This document shows positions 1 through 9,161 of a stretch of 64,000 nt of DNA, in pieces (the stretch's first letter is position 1; each line of letters starts with the position of its first letter). The translations under genes were made by a program, and so were the position numbers. Origin of the DNA: Ruegeria sp. (GTDB lineage Bacteria > Pseudomonadota > Alphaproteobacteria > Rhodobacterales > Rhodobacteraceae); NCBI RefSeq assembly GCF_965243365.1, contig NZ_CBDEUW010000002.1, positions 3,087,057 through 3,151,056 on the forward strand, read 5' to 3'. Below the pieces are notes generated by a model that saw nothing but the letters and a program-made list of their open reading frames with translations, was not told where the DNA came from and did no database searches.

Positions 1-1
1 G

Positions 2-187
2 ACCCAGGCATTTGCTTTGTCCGACTACGAGGCGACAATGAAGGACGCAAACAAATGCGCCAGTGACAAATGTGCTGAAGACGTCAAGGCACTGCTTCAA
101 AGCGATAGATGGTCAAGTGAAAACAATGGCTTACTTGGGTTATCTGAAGTCTTGGGCGAAATTTATTCGGTTAGTGCCGGAAGCTAG
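2..187 (+). CDS. 3' end of an unidentified ORF entering from the left window edge (61 codons, then TAG)
   Basis: Frame 2 is open from the window edge to TAG at 185-187 (...KCASDKCAEDVKALLQSDRW...). No family recognised. GC is lower than in the downstream core genes. Confidence 0.25.
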   Translation, partial: TQAFALSDYEATMKDANKCASDKCAEDVKALLQSDRWSSENNGLLGLSEVLGEIYSVSAGS

Positions 188-224
188 AAGAACGCGTGAA
201 GACGTAAGGGTATCGTGTGGTGGC

Positions 225-285
225 GAATATATCCGTGGAATTGGTCGCCTTCGAATATATTCTCTTCTCTGGCATGAATATATTC
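225..285. promoter_or_regulatory. Three 10-bp palindromic boxes GAATATAT(T/C)C starting at 225, 253 and 276; candidate operator array upstream of the SDR gene
   Basis: GAATATATTC is self-complementary. Box spacing is 28 and 23 bp. The array lies 60-120 bp upstream of the ATG at 348. Confidence 0.35.
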
Positions 286-298
286 TCTTCTCTGGCAT
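253..298. repeat. Perfect 23-bp tandem direct repeat x2 (GAATATATTCTCTTCTCTGGCAT)
   Basis: Read directly: 253-275 is identical to 276-298. Confidence 0.95.
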
Positions 299-347
299 AT
301 AGGGTGCCTGTCTCAAAAGTGCCGGAAACTCTAGCAAGGAAGTTACA

Positions 348-1127
348 ATGGATCTTGGAATTCGCGGAAAACGGGCGCTGGTCTGCGCCAGTAGCAAGGG
401 GTTGGGGCTGGGCTGCGCCGAAGCGTTGGCAGCGGCCGGTGTGGACCTGGTGATGAATGCACGAGGATCTGAAGCGCTGGAAGCTGAGACGGCGCGTCTG
501 AGATCTGAATATGGTGTGGATACGCAAACCGTAGCCTGTGATGTCACTTCGACTGAGGGGCAGTCGCAGGTTATAGAAGCGGCACAGGGTGTTGATATTC
601 TTGTGACAAATGCCGGTGGACCTCCGCCGGGGCTGTGGTCGGACTGGGATCGTGACGACTTCATCAAGGCGCTCGACGCCAATATGTTGACGCCAATAGC
701 CTTCATGAAGGCATTGTTGCCAGACATGATGGATAAGGGCTGGGGTCGCGTGGTGAACATCACCTCGCAGTCTGTTCGGGCGCCGATCCCTGCGTTGGGT
801 TTGTCAAATGCGGCGCGGACCGGGCTGACCGGATATGTCGCCGGAACGTCCCGTCAGGTTGCGCCGCGCGGGGTGACGATCAACAATCTGCTGCCTGGCA
901 TTCACGCGACCGATCGTGCGGTTTCATTGGACGGCGGCGTTGCGGCGCAAAAGGGAATACCTGTCGAAACTGCCCGGGCGGAACGCGAGGCAACGATTCC
1001 GGCACGCCGCTATGGAACCCGGCAAGAATTTGGCGCAGCCTGTGCGTTTCTCTGTTCGCAGCATGCCGGATTTATTGTTGGTCAGAATATCCTGTTGGAC
1101 GGCGGCGCAACCAATCTGACGATGTAG
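348..1127 (+). CDS. SDR-family oxidoreductase (3-oxoacyl-ACP reductase-like)
   Basis: N-terminal Rossmann motif (ALVCASSKGLGLG), an NAGG motif and SDR-typical length. AAGGAAG RBS upstream of the ATG. Confidence 0.9.
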   Translation: MDLGIRGKRALVCASSKGLGLGCAEALAAAGVDLVMNARGSEALEAETARLRSEYGVDTQTVACDVTSTEGQSQVIEAAQGVDILVTNAGGPPPGLWSDWDRDDFIKALDANMLTPIAFMKALLPDMMDKGWGRVVNITSQSVRAPIPALGLSNAARTGLTGYVAGTSRQVAPRGVTINNLLPGIHATDRAVSLDGGVAAQKGIPVETARAEREATIPARRYGTRQEFGAACAFLCSQHAGFIVGQNILLDGGATNLTM

Positions 1128-1129
1128 AT

Positions 1130-2242
1130 ATGGCGCAAGGATTTTCTTTGAAAGATCAATTGTTCAACGCGGAAAAAACGCTTTACCTCAGTAATTTGTT
1201 TTCCGATGTTGATGATGGATTTGATGGCGAGGCCTTTCAGCGCGCCGTCATGTCACGCCTGACGGATCTTGAGTTGAAGGAGCGGATGGCATGGATTGCG
1301 GAATGCCTGCAGGCCGCTGTTCCCGGAGCGCTGCCGGAGGTTGCGCCAGTGATCCTGCGCGCGCTGCCGCCTCCGCTTGATCCAAACAAAACGGATGATG
1401 ACTTTGGTGACTTCATCTTTGCGCCGCTTGGCGAGTGGGTCGTGTCGGTCGGGCTGGATCACCCCGAACTTGCGCTGGATGTGCTGTCCGAATTGACACA
1501 GAGGTTTTCGATGGAATGGGCGATCCGTCCGTTTCTGAATGCCCATCCTGATCTCGTCATGAAAAAGATGGACGATTGGTGCAGTCATTCCAGCTATCAT
1601 GTGCGTCGCCTAGTCAGCGAGGGGACACGCCCCCGGCTACCATGGGGGCAGGCTGTCGGATTGGCGCTGCACGATCCGCTGCCGCTTCTGGATCGTCTGC
1701 ATGACGATAACACGCGCTATGTAACCCGATCCGTTGCCAATCACCTGAATGACATCACCAAGAAAGAGCCCGATTTGGTTCTGGATACATTGCACACTTG
1801 GCAAAAGGCGGATCGGCAGGAGGATGCTGAACTGCAATGGATGACGTCTCATGCCTTGCGTGGGTTGGTGAAAGCGGGGCATCCGCGTGCGATGAAGGCC
1901 CTTGGGTATGACCCCGACGTTCCGCTTCAGGCGGATGTTCAGATCAACGGTGATGCAAGGATTGGGGATGCTTTGACCTTTGATGTCATTCTGACCGGTG
2001 CCGCGAATCAACCGGTTCTTGTGGATTATATCGTTCACTTCCAAAGACCTGGAGGGAAAATCTCGCCCAAAGTTCACAAGCTCAAGCAGGCACGTTTGAA
2101 CGACGGTACCTTGCGATTGAGCAAGCGTCATAAGCTAAAAGGCGACGCGACCACATTCCGGTTGATACCCGGAAAGCACCGGCTTGAAATTCAGGTCAAC
2201 GGGTGCGTGCGCGCCGGTGTTGATTTCGAATTACTGGCCTGA
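1130..2242 (+). CDS. DNA alkylation repair protein (AlkC/AlkD-like HEAT-repeat glycosylase family)
   Basis: Contains EWAIRPF, HVRRLVSEGTRPRLPW and SVANHLNDITKKEP, which are typical of the DNA alkylation repair enzyme family. The C-terminal roughly 90 aa look like a beta-rich domain. Confidence 0.65.
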   Translation: MAQGFSLKDQLFNAEKTLYLSNLFSDVDDGFDGEAFQRAVMSRLTDLELKERMAWIAECLQAAVPGALPEVAPVILRALPPPLDPNKTDDDFGDFIFAPLGEWVVSVGLDHPELALDVLSELTQRFSMEWAIRPFLNAHPDLVMKKMDDWCSHSSYHVRRLVSEGTRPRLPWGQAVGLALHDPLPLLDRLHDDNTRYVTRSVANHLNDITKKEPDLVLDTLHTWQKADRQEDAELQWMTSHALRGLVKAGHPRAMKALGYDPDVPLQADVQINGDARIGDALTFDVILTGAANQPVLVDYIVHFQRPGGKISPKVHKLKQARLNDGTLRLSKRHKLKGDATTFRLIPGKHRLEIQVNGCVRAGVDFELLA

Positions 2243-2257
2243 ACTCGGTAATCTCTG

Positions 2258-3424
2258 ATGCCTTGCACCCGGCGGGCGGGGTTGCTATCCCCGCCCAAGC
2301 CCGATGGATTTGATCGGGTAAGGCAATGGGGTCCATCGGTGACAGGCAACGCAACGCCGCCACGTCTTGAAATTCGTAACCTTTTCGCCCGGTTCGAAGG
2401 GCGGACGGTGGTGGATGACGTATCACTGACCGTACAGGCGGGGCAGGTAACATGCCTGTTGGGGCCATCCGGTTGCGGCAAGTCTACAACGCTGCGCATG
2501 ATCGCCGGGGTCGAAATGCAAAGCGCGGGTGAGATTTATGTCGACGGCAAGCTGATCTGTGACACTGTGTTCCGCGTGCCGCCGGAACGCCGTGAGATTG
2601 GCCTGATGTTTCAGGACTTTGCCCTGTTCCCACATCTGAGCGTGGGCGACAACGTTGCCTTCGGCCTCAAAGGCAGCAAAGAGGAAAAGCGATCCCGGGT
2701 CGAGGAGCTGCTGCAAAAAGTTGATCTGATGCGCTTCATTGACGGGTTCCCGCATCAACTCTCGGGGGGTGAGCAGCAACGCGTGGCACTGGCGCGCGCA
2801 TTGGCGCCGCGTCCGCGTATCATGTTGATGGACGAACCTTTTTCCGGTCTCGACAACCGTTTGCGCGATGGCATCCGGGATGAGACGCTGGCGATCCTCA
2901 AGGAAGAAGATGCAGCCGTTTTACTGGTGACGCATGAGCCGGAAGAAGCGATGCGCATGGCCGATGAAATCGCACTGATGCGTCGGGGCAAAATCGTTCA
3001 GCAGGGTGCCCCATACAACGTATACACCCGACCGGTCGACAAGGCGGCAGTTTCATTTTTCAGCGATATCAACGTCCTACAGGCGCAAGTTAATGGGGCA
3101 TTGGCGCAAACGCCTTTTGGTCAGTTTCTTGCGCCGGGTTATCCTGACGGCACCGATGTCGAAATCGTGTTCCGGCCTCAGCATGTCCGTTTGGATTTCG
3201 ACCGGGGTGGCAAGGGGCCTTCCCCGACTGCCACGGATGGGGTTGCTGCGCGTGGGGTGGTTGAGCGCGCTCGTTTTCTGGGCAATGAAAGCCTTGTCGA
3301 GTTTCGCATGGACCATAACGGTTCAACGCTCAAGGCGACGGTTCCGAACGTTTTTGTCCCCAAGCCGGGGCGGGTAATGTGGCTAACCATTCGCCGCGAC
3401 AAGTGCTTTGTTTTCCCGACTTAA
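2258..3424 (+). CDS. ABC transporter ATP-binding protein (PotA/FbpC-like with a C-terminal TOBE-like domain); start uncertain (in-frame GTG at 2339 is possible)
   Basis: Walker A GPSGCGKST, signature LSGGEQQRVALARAL and Walker B IMLMDEPFS. Confidence 0.9.
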   Translation: MPCTRRAGLLSPPKPDGFDRVRQWGPSVTGNATPPRLEIRNLFARFEGRTVVDDVSLTVQAGQVTCLLGPSGCGKSTTLRMIAGVEMQSAGEIYVDGKLICDTVFRVPPERREIGLMFQDFALFPHLSVGDNVAFGLKGSKEEKRSRVEELLQKVDLMRFIDGFPHQLSGGEQQRVALARALAPRPRIMLMDEPFSGLDNRLRDGIRDETLAILKEEDAAVLLVTHEPEEAMRMADEIALMRRGKIVQQGAPYNVYTRPVDKAAVSFFSDINVLQAQVNGALAQTPFGQFLAPGYPDGTDVEIVFRPQHVRLDFDRGGKGPSPTATDGVAARGVVERARFLGNESLVEFRMDHNGSTLKATVPNVFVPKPGRVMWLTIRRDKCFVFPT

Positions 3425-3542
3425 CTGAGGTTTCCGGCAGTTTCTGGTCAAGTGGTGCGCGAATGCCTCAGATTGGACGCGTACGTTGCTTGCCGCGGCG
3501 TTGGGCTGCGTCTATCAAGAGCAAAACAGGGGTGGATCGGGC

Positions 3543-4325
3543 ATGCGCATTCTTCTGACAAACGACGACGGTATAAATGCACCAGGGTTGATCACGCTCG
3601 AGGCGATTGCCGCCGATCTGGCAGGACCCGATGGAGAGGTTTGGATCGTCGCCCCGGCCTTTGAACAATCAGGTGTCGGGCATTGCATCAGCTATACGCA
3701 TCCCATGATGGTGGCCAAGCTGGACGAACGCCGGTTTGCAGCCGAAGGGTCACCTGCAGATTGCGTTTTGGCCGGTCTGCACGATGTAATGAAAGACGCG
3801 CAGCCCGATCTGGTGCTGTCGGGTGTGAACCGGGGCAATAACTCTGCTGAAAATGCGCTGTATTCCGGGACGTTAGGTGGCGCAATGGAAGCGGCGTTGC
3901 AGGGTGTTCCTGCCATCGCCCTGTCGCAATTCTTCGGCCCGCGCAATTTGGGCTTGGATGATCCGTTCGAGGCCGCCGCCCGTTATGGGGCTGATCTGAT
4001 CCGCAGGATTCTGGATGCCACTCCGGATGAGCAGGCCGACTACCGCCTGTTCTACAATGTTAATTTTCCGCCGGTACCAGCGGGCGAGGTGCTTGGAACA
4101 CGTGTGGCCCCTCAGGGGTTTCGACGTGAATCGCATTACGGGGTCGAGCCTCACAGCTCACCTTCGGGCCGTAAGTTTCTTTGGATCAAAGGCGGTTATC
4201 AGCACAACCCGACCGCGCCCGGGACCGATGCCGCGGTCAATCTGGAGGGATATATCTCGGTCACGCCAATGCGGGCGGACCTGACGGCGCATGATGCGTT
4301 GGAGGCCTTGAAGACGATCGAATGA
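3543..4325 (+). CDS. surE: 5'/3'-nucleotidase SurE
   Basis: [16 protein letters not shown]-terminus. The start was moved to the internal ATG at 3543. A 4-nt ATGA overlap joins it to pcm. Confidence 0.95.
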   Translation: MRILLTNDDGINAPGLITLEAIAADLAGPDGEVWIVAPAFEQSGVGHCISYTHPMMVAKLDERRFAAEGSPADCVLAGLHDVMKDAQPDLVLSGVNRGNNSAENALYSGTLGGAMEAALQGVPAIALSQFFGPRNLGLDDPFEAAARYGADLIRRILDATPDEQADYRLFYNVNFPPVPAGEVLGTRVAPQGFRRESHYGVEPHSSPSGRKFLWIKGGYQHNPTAPGTDAAVNLEGYISVTPMRADLTAHDALEALKTIE

Positions 4326-4972
4326 GCGGGCTGACTCCAGAACGAACGATGCAGTTCCTGTTTGCCCTGCGCTCGCGCGGGGTGACGGATGCGCGAGTGC
4401 TGGCGGCGATGGAGCAAGTGGACCGGGGGCTGTTCGTCAAAGGTTTGTTTGCCGAGCGTGCCTATGAAGATACGCCGTTGCCCATTACCTGTGGGCAGAC
4501 GATCAGCCAGCCCTCGGTTGTGGGGTTGATGACGCAGGCCTTGCAGGTGCGGTCGCGGGATACAGTTCTGGAGATCGGTACTGGGTCTGGTTATCAGGCG
4601 GCCATTCTGTCGAAATTGGCGCGACGGGTTTACACGGTCGAGCGCCACAAGCGGCTGGTGCAGGAAACCAGCCAGATTTTTCGCGACTTGGGGCTGACCA
4701 ATGTGACCTCGATGCTGTCGGATGGGTCGTTTGGTTTGCCCGAGCAGGCGCCCTTTGACCGCATCATTGTGACCGCCGCCGCCGAAGATCCGCCAGGCCC
4801 GCTCTTGGCGCAGCTTAAAATCGGCGGTATCATGGTGTTGCCGGTGGGCCAGTCGGACGCGGTGCAGACCCTGATCCGGGTCACGCGCACTGAAAACGGG
4901 CTGGACTATGACGAATTGTTACCCGTCCGCTTTGTACCTCTGTTAGAGGGGTTGGGGAAGGATGGGGCCTAA
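4322..4972 (+). CDS. pcm: Protein-L-isoaspartate O-methyltransferase
   Basis: SAM-binding motif [13 protein letters not shown], the conserved TISQP motif and the surE-pcm context. Confidence 0.95.
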   Translation: MSGLTPERTMQFLFALRSRGVTDARVLAAMEQVDRGLFVKGLFAERAYEDTPLPITCGQTISQPSVVGLMTQALQVRSRDTVLEIGTGSGYQAAILSKLARRVYTVERHKRLVQETSQIFRDLGLTNVTSMLSDGSFGLPEQAPFDRIIVTAAAEDPPGPLLAQLKIGGIMVLPVGQSDAVQTLIRVTRTENGLDYDELLPVRFVPLLEGLGKDGA

Positions 4973-5033
4973 AACTGATTATGCAGGTGCGCCATAACCC
5001 CGGAAAACAGGGGCAGGTGTTGAGGACAGTAAT

Positions 5034-6206
5034 ATGAGAGCAGTTTCCAAATCAGCCATGCGTCGATGCACGACGGCTTTGGCCGCATGTGTGGTTCTTG
5101 CCGGGTGTGAAGGTCCGCTTGACTACGACCTTCGCGGCAACGTCGGTGGCTTTTCTACCACCGATGCGGTTCAGGCCGCGACCGCCAGCCGCCCGGCACC
5201 GGATGCGCGCGGTGTGATTACCTATCCGAACTATCAGGTTGTCGTAGCGCGGCGCGGGGATACGGTTGGCGACGTTGCCGCGCGTGTGGGGTTGCCGGTT
5301 GCAGAATTGGCCCGGTTTAACGGGTTGCAACCCAATGACTCGTTGCGCGACGGCGAGGTTCTTGCCTTGCCGCGTTCTGTTGGAGGAGATCCGTCTTCGG
5401 TGGATATCGCAACAATCGCAGGGACCGCGATCGATGAAGCGCCGAACACTGGTTCCGTGCAGACAACGGCGTTGAAACCTGCTCAGCCTGCGCCCGCTCC
5501 GGTTGTTGCAGGGCCCGAGCCGATCCGCCACAAGGTCAAACGGGGTGAAACGGCCTATACGATCTCGCGCCTTTATCAGGTTTCGGTCGAGTCTTTGGCC
5601 GAATGGAACGGGTTGGGTTCGGACTTCACGGTGCGCGAAGATCAGTACCTGCTGATTCCGGTCAAGGATCAGCCTGCGCCAAAGCCCAGTGCAGCGGTAG
5701 CTGCGGCTCCTGCTGCTGCCGACAACGTGACGCAACCCGGGCAGGGCTCGCCAACGCCGACCCCACCCAGTGCAACCCAACCGCTGCCGGAAGAAAAGGT
5801 CGAACCCGTCGCCGAGGCGCCGGATGTTACGGCTGAGGCACCAACCAACAGTTCGAACTCTGCCCTTGCATTCCCGGTCTCCGGCCGGATTATCCGTACC
5901 TATGAGAAAGGTAAGAATGAAGGCATAGACATCGCCGCAGCGCCCGGCACCGCAGTTCAGGCGGCCGAAGCGGGAACCGTTGCGGCGATTACGGCGGATG
6001 CGGATCAGGTGCCGATCATCGTCGTTAAGCATAACAACGACCTGCTGACGGTTTATGCCAATGTTGAGGATATCACAGTCAAAAAGGGGGACCGGGTGCG
6101 GCGCGGGCAGAAGATTGCAGCGCTGCGTGGGGGCGACAATGCCTATGTGCATTTCGAAGTGCGCAAAGGATTTGAGTCGGTCGATCCCGAGCCCTACCTG
6201 AGGTGA
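5034..6206 (+). CDS. LysM-domain M23 family metallopeptidase lipoprotein (NlpD-like)
   Basis: Lipobox-like VLAGC, two LysM-like repeats, a Pro/Ala-rich linker and a C-terminal M23 domain (HFEVRKG). Sits in the surE-pcm-nlpD synteny. Confidence 0.9.
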   Translation: MRAVSKSAMRRCTTALAACVVLAGCEGPLDYDLRGNVGGFSTTDAVQAATASRPAPDARGVITYPNYQVVVARRGDTVGDVAARVGLPVAELARFNGLQPNDSLRDGEVLALPRSVGGDPSSVDIATIAGTAIDEAPNTGSVQTTALKPAQPAPAPVVAGPEPIRHKVKRGETAYTISRLYQVSVESLAEWNGLGSDFTVREDQYLLIPVKDQPAPKPSAAVAAAPAAADNVTQPGQGSPTPTPPSATQPLPEEKVEPVAEAPDVTAEAPTNSSNSALAFPVSGRIIRTYEKGKNEGIDIAAAPGTAVQAAEAGTVAAITADADQVPIIVVKHNNDLLTVYANVEDITVKKGDRVRRGQKIAALRGGDNAYVHFEVRKGFESVDPEPYLR

Positions 6207-6211
6207 GGTTG

Positions 6212-6264
6212 AATGGCCCGTTTCGGGCCATGCCTCCGGCGGGGATATTTTTGGCCAGATGAAG
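6212..6264 (+). repeat. Intergenic hairpin-plus-tail element, copy A
   Basis: AATGGCCCGTTTCGGGCCAT hairpin followed by the tail GCCTCCGGCGGGGATATTTTTGGCCAGATGAAG. Near-identical to the reverse complement of 10013-10064. Confidence 0.9.
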
Positions 6265-6270
6265 ATTGGA

Positions 6271-6942
6271 TCACCTATCCGGGTCGTAGTCGCTCAGGCG
6301 TTTTCCGGGCTCGTCGGTGAAAAGCTCTGGCAGGGGTGCGACCGTTTCGATCAGATCTATGCGGAAGACGCGGAAGGCGTCGCGCAGCTCGCACCAGGCG
6401 GTCAGCGTCCAGACGCGGCCCCAGTATTCCATATGCAGGGGGCGGATGGTGCGTTCGGTCAGGGCGCCGTCGATGCGGCGATATGTTAGGTGCAGTTTTT
6501 GGCGGGATTTGATGGCGGCGCGGATCGGGGCCATGTGCGCCAGCCCACGCGCGGCATCTGCGAAGGGATAGACGGCAAATTTCCAGGCGTCGGCCTCGGC
6601 CACCACCTGCGTTGGCAGCACGGCGTCGATCTTGTCGGCGAGTGTTTCGGCTGCTGCCTTGAGGTCGGGATCGGCCGCCTCGGCCACGATGGCCATGCCG
6701 AGATTCAGCGCCTCAAGTTCGGCGGGCGTCAGGTTCAGCGGAGGCAGGGTGATCTGTTCTCGCACCATGTATCCCACGCCGCGTTCCCCTTCGACGGGAA
6801 CGCCTGAGGCGACCAGAGTGTCCATGTCACGATAGATGGTGCGGACCGACACTTCGAGCTGGTCCGCGATATCCTGCGCGCGGTGCAGTTTACCGTCGCG
6901 CAGGATCTGGATGATATCGAACAGGCGGTCAGTGCGGCGCAT
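6271..6942 (-). CDS. YafY-family transcriptional regulator (HTH plus WYL domain)
   Basis: N-terminal RTDRLFDIIQILRDGKLHRAQDIADQLEVSVRTIYRDMDTL is typical of HTH_11/DeoR-like YafY proteins. The C-terminal half is WYL-like (HLTYRR...). Confidence 0.85.
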   Translation of the reverse strand: MRRTDRLFDIIQILRDGKLHRAQDIADQLEVSVRTIYRDMDTLVASGVPVEGERGVGYMVREQITLPPLNLTPAELEALNLGMAIVAEAADPDLKAAAETLADKIDAVLPTQVVAEADAWKFAVYPFADAARGLAHMAPIRAAIKSRQKLHLTYRRIDGALTERTIRPLHMEYWGRVWTLTAWCELRDAFRVFRIDLIETVAPLPELFTDEPGKRLSDYDPDR

Positions 6943-6963
6943 GACACGCCGTCCGGACCGCGG

Positions 6964-7269
6964 TTAGGCGGTCATGTTCCATAAAACACTCTCGTGACGC
7001 ATCTGGACGCTTTCGGAGTTGATGGCGGCCATCATGCCTGCAGCGCAGTCCTGTTGTGGGAACTGCGCGGCGGCGTCCTGCGCGGCTTTCATATCAGTCC
7101 AGACGACATAGTCTGTCCAACGGCCGTCCGCACCTTGGCTGAGCTGCCGATGGGCAAAGCCGGGGGCGGCGCGAACGAAGGCCTCGGAAGCTTGGCTGAG
7201 TTTTACAAACTCCTCAGATGTGACACCGTTGGCGAGTGTGAAGGTGACGATTTCTGCGACATGGGTCAT
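6964..7269 (-). CDS. Small ABM-like (antibiotic biosynthesis monooxygenase fold) protein
   Basis: About 100 aa with a ferredoxin-like pattern. Lies 21 bp upstream of, and co-oriented with, the YafY gene. Confidence 0.55.
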   Translation of the reverse strand: MTHVAEIVTFTLANGVTSEEFVKLSQASEAFVRAAPGFAHRQLSQGADGRWTDYVVWTDMKAAQDAAAQFPQQDCAAGMMAAINSESVQMRHESVLWNMTA

Positions 7270-7312
7270 GTGGTTCTCCGTTGACCAGGTTTCGATGTCG
7301 TCTTCCTAGCTG

Positions 7313-7344
7313 TTCACAACTGACATAAACCTGTCAGTTGTGAA
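7313..7344. promoter_or_regulatory. Perfect 13-bp inverted repeat TTCACAACTGACA-N6-TGTCAGTTGTGAA; candidate operator
   Basis: Read directly. Lies 44 bp upstream of the ABM-YafY operon start, in the divergent region shared with tatA. Confidence 0.5.
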
Positions 7345-7490
7345 TGTCGACATCAGAGAATGTGCGTAATCACGTCAATTTTGACCCTGGAATCCGCCGC
7401 GTTCCCTTTCGTGGCGCGCTTTCGAGGCGTAAACACAGACCGAAATCGGATATCCGGCGCATCTGACGTCGACTCAAGAGGAGAAAAAAC

Positions 7491-7706
7491 ATGCTCAACA
7501 ATATCGGCCTTCCCGGTCTGTTGCTGATCGCCGTCGTGGTTCTGGTGCTGTTTGGCCGTGGCAAGATCAGTTCGCTGATGGGTGAAGTTGGTAAGGGGAT
7601 CACATCGTTCAAACGCGGCGTCAAAGAGGGCGCGGACGAGCTGGAGCAGGATGCGTCCGAACTGGCCAAAGACGTCACGCCCGAGACCGACAAAGACAAG
7701 GCGTAA
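7491..7706 (+). CDS. tatA: Twin-arginine translocase subunit TatA
   Basis: Single TM segment followed by FG..KI..LG amphipathic helix motifs. AGGAG RBS present. Confidence 0.9.
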   Translation: MLNNIGLPGLLLIAVVVLVLFGRGKISSLMGEVGKGITSFKRGVKEGADELEQDASELAKDVTPETDKDKA

Positions 7707-7712
7707 CCGCGC

Positions 7713-8171
7713 ATGTTTGATCTGGGCTGGACCGAGCTTCTGGTCATCGGCATCGTTGCTTTGATTGTGGTGGGTCCAAAGGACCTGCCGGTGCTATTTC
7801 GTAATGTCGGCCGGTTTGTCGGCAAGGCACGCGGTATGGCGCGTGAGTTCAGCAATGCGATGAACGAAGCGGCGGATGAGGCCGGCGTGAACGAGATCAA
7901 AAAGGGCCTGAATGCGGCAACCAACCCTGTGAACACCGCCATGGATGGTGTCAAGCAGGCGGCGGCGGATATGGCCAAAAGCATCGACCCAACCAAATAC
8001 GATCCGGACAGCGCAACCGGTAAACTGGCTGCGGAACGTGCCGAACAGGCCAAGAAAGTTCAGGCTACGTCCGCGCGGGCAACCGCCGAGCGCAAAGCCA
8101 AGGAAGCCGCCGACGCTTTGGCTAAGGCGGAAGAGGCCGAAGCCGCGCTGAAAACCGAAAGCAAGACATGA
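7713..8171 (+). CDS. tatB: Twin-arginine translocase subunit TatB
   Basis: [27 protein letters not shown]-terminus and position between tatA and tatC. Confidence 0.9.
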   Translation: MFDLGWTELLVIGIVALIVVGPKDLPVLFRNVGRFVGKARGMAREFSNAMNEAADEAGVNEIKKGLNAATNPVNTAMDGVKQAAADMAKSIDPTKYDPDSATGKLAAERAEQAKKVQATSARATAERKAKEAADALAKAEEAEAALKTESKT

Positions 8172-9043
8172 CCAAGACCGACGAGATCGAGGACAGCTCG
8201 GCCCCATTGATCGAACATCTGACAGAACTGCGCACGCGGCTGATTCACTGCGTTGTGGCGTTTCTGGTCGGCATGATCATCTGTTTTACCGTGGCCACTC
8301 CGCTGTTCAACTTTCTCACACAGCCTTTGTGTGGGGTCCTGACCGAGCGGGGCCAGGATTGCGGGCTGATCTTCATCTCTCCGCAGGAAGGGTTCTTTGT
8401 CGCGATCAAGGTCTCGCTGTTAGGCGGGTTCATTCTGGCTTTTCCTTACATCGGGATGCAGATGTGGCGGTTTGTGGCGCCAGGGCTCTACCGATCGGAA
8501 AAGAACGCCTTTCTACCTTTCATGCTGGCGTCGCCTTTCATGTTCCTGCTGGGTGCCAGCTTTGCCTTTTATGTCGTCACACCGCTGGCCTATGACTTCT
8601 TTTTAGGGTTCCAGCAGTTCGGTACCGAGGGCGAGGCGGTTGTTGATGACGCCACGGCAGCACCGCTGAGCGTGGTGTTCCAGGGCTCGGCGCAGGAGTA
8701 TCTAAACCTGACAATCAAGTTCATCGTTGCCTTTGGCTTGTGTTTTCAACTGCCGGTTCTGCTGACTTTGATGGGTAAGGCCGGGCTGGTCAGCGCCGAA
8801 GGTCTTGGCGCGGTGCGCAAATATGCTGTGGTCGGTATTCTGGTTCTGGCCGCGATCGTTACACCACCAGACGTGATCACTCAGGTTATTCTGTTCGTCG
8901 TGGTCTATGGGCTGTACGAGATTTCCATCTTCCTCGTCGCCCGCGTCGAGAAAAAACGCGAGGAACAATTGCGGGCCGATGGCTACTATGATGACGAAGC
9001 CGAAGCTGACGAAGACATCATTCAGGAAGAAAGCGGCAAGTAA
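8168..9043 (+). CDS. tatC: Twin-arginine translocase subunit TatC
   Basis: [15 protein letters not shown]-terminus, six predicted TM segments and an ATGA overlap with tatB. Confidence 0.95.
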   Translation: MTKTDEIEDSSAPLIEHLTELRTRLIHCVVAFLVGMIICFTVATPLFNFLTQPLCGVLTERGQDCGLIFISPQEGFFVAIKVSLLGGFILAFPYIGMQMWRFVAPGLYRSEKNAFLPFMLASPFMFLLGASFAFYVVTPLAYDFFLGFQQFGTEGEAVVDDATAAPLSVVFQGSAQEYLNLTIKFIVAFGLCFQLPVLLTLMGKAGLVSAEGLGAVRKYAVVGILVLAAIVTPPDVITQVILFVVVYGLYEISIFLVARVEKKREEQLRADGYYDDEAEADEDIIQEESGK

Positions 9044-9064
9044 GCCCGTTGAATTCTGAGAAAC

Positions 9065-9093
9065 AGGCGCGCCCCTTACAGGCGCGCCTTTTT
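9065..9093 (+). terminator. Rho-independent terminator after tatC
   Basis: 9-bp GC stem AGGCGCGCC/GGCGCGCCT, 7-nt loop, then TTTTT. Confidence 0.8.
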
Positions 9094-9161
9094 CGATTCC
9101 GGCTCTTGTTGCGACAGGCGGAACATGGTTTGAAATCCGGAAGACATGACCGGAGGCCCAA

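Noticed and set aside
253-298. A CRISPR-like array, or tandem repeats here and at 39731-39750.
   Set aside because: Each has only two adjacent copies with no spacers, and no cas genes are present. They are simple duplications.
63-763. ORFs 63-302(+), 140-763(-), 171-527(-) and 217-453(+) at the left edge.
   Set aside because: They overlap one another, the repeat array or the well-supported SDR gene, and none has a recognisable motif. Only the frame-2 ORF open to the window edge (2-187) was kept, at low confidence.
5052-6152. Long antisense ORFs opposite real genes: 5052-6152, 10978-11904, 16550-17305, 27721-28509, 29992-31266, 46137-47108, 49112-49912, 49933-50715 and 51445-52332.
   Set aside because: Each fully overlaps a gene with strong family motifs on the other strand. 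The translations are Arg/Gly/Pro/His-rich and low in complexity, as expected for shadow ORFs in high-GC DNA.
6271-7269. The WYL-domain regulator as a marker of a defence island.
   Set aside because: Its neighbours are an ABM-fold protein, a peptidase and tatABC. No nuclease, helicase, CBASS, CRISPR or abortive-infection type genes lie nearby. It looks like an ordinary YafY-type metabolic regulator.
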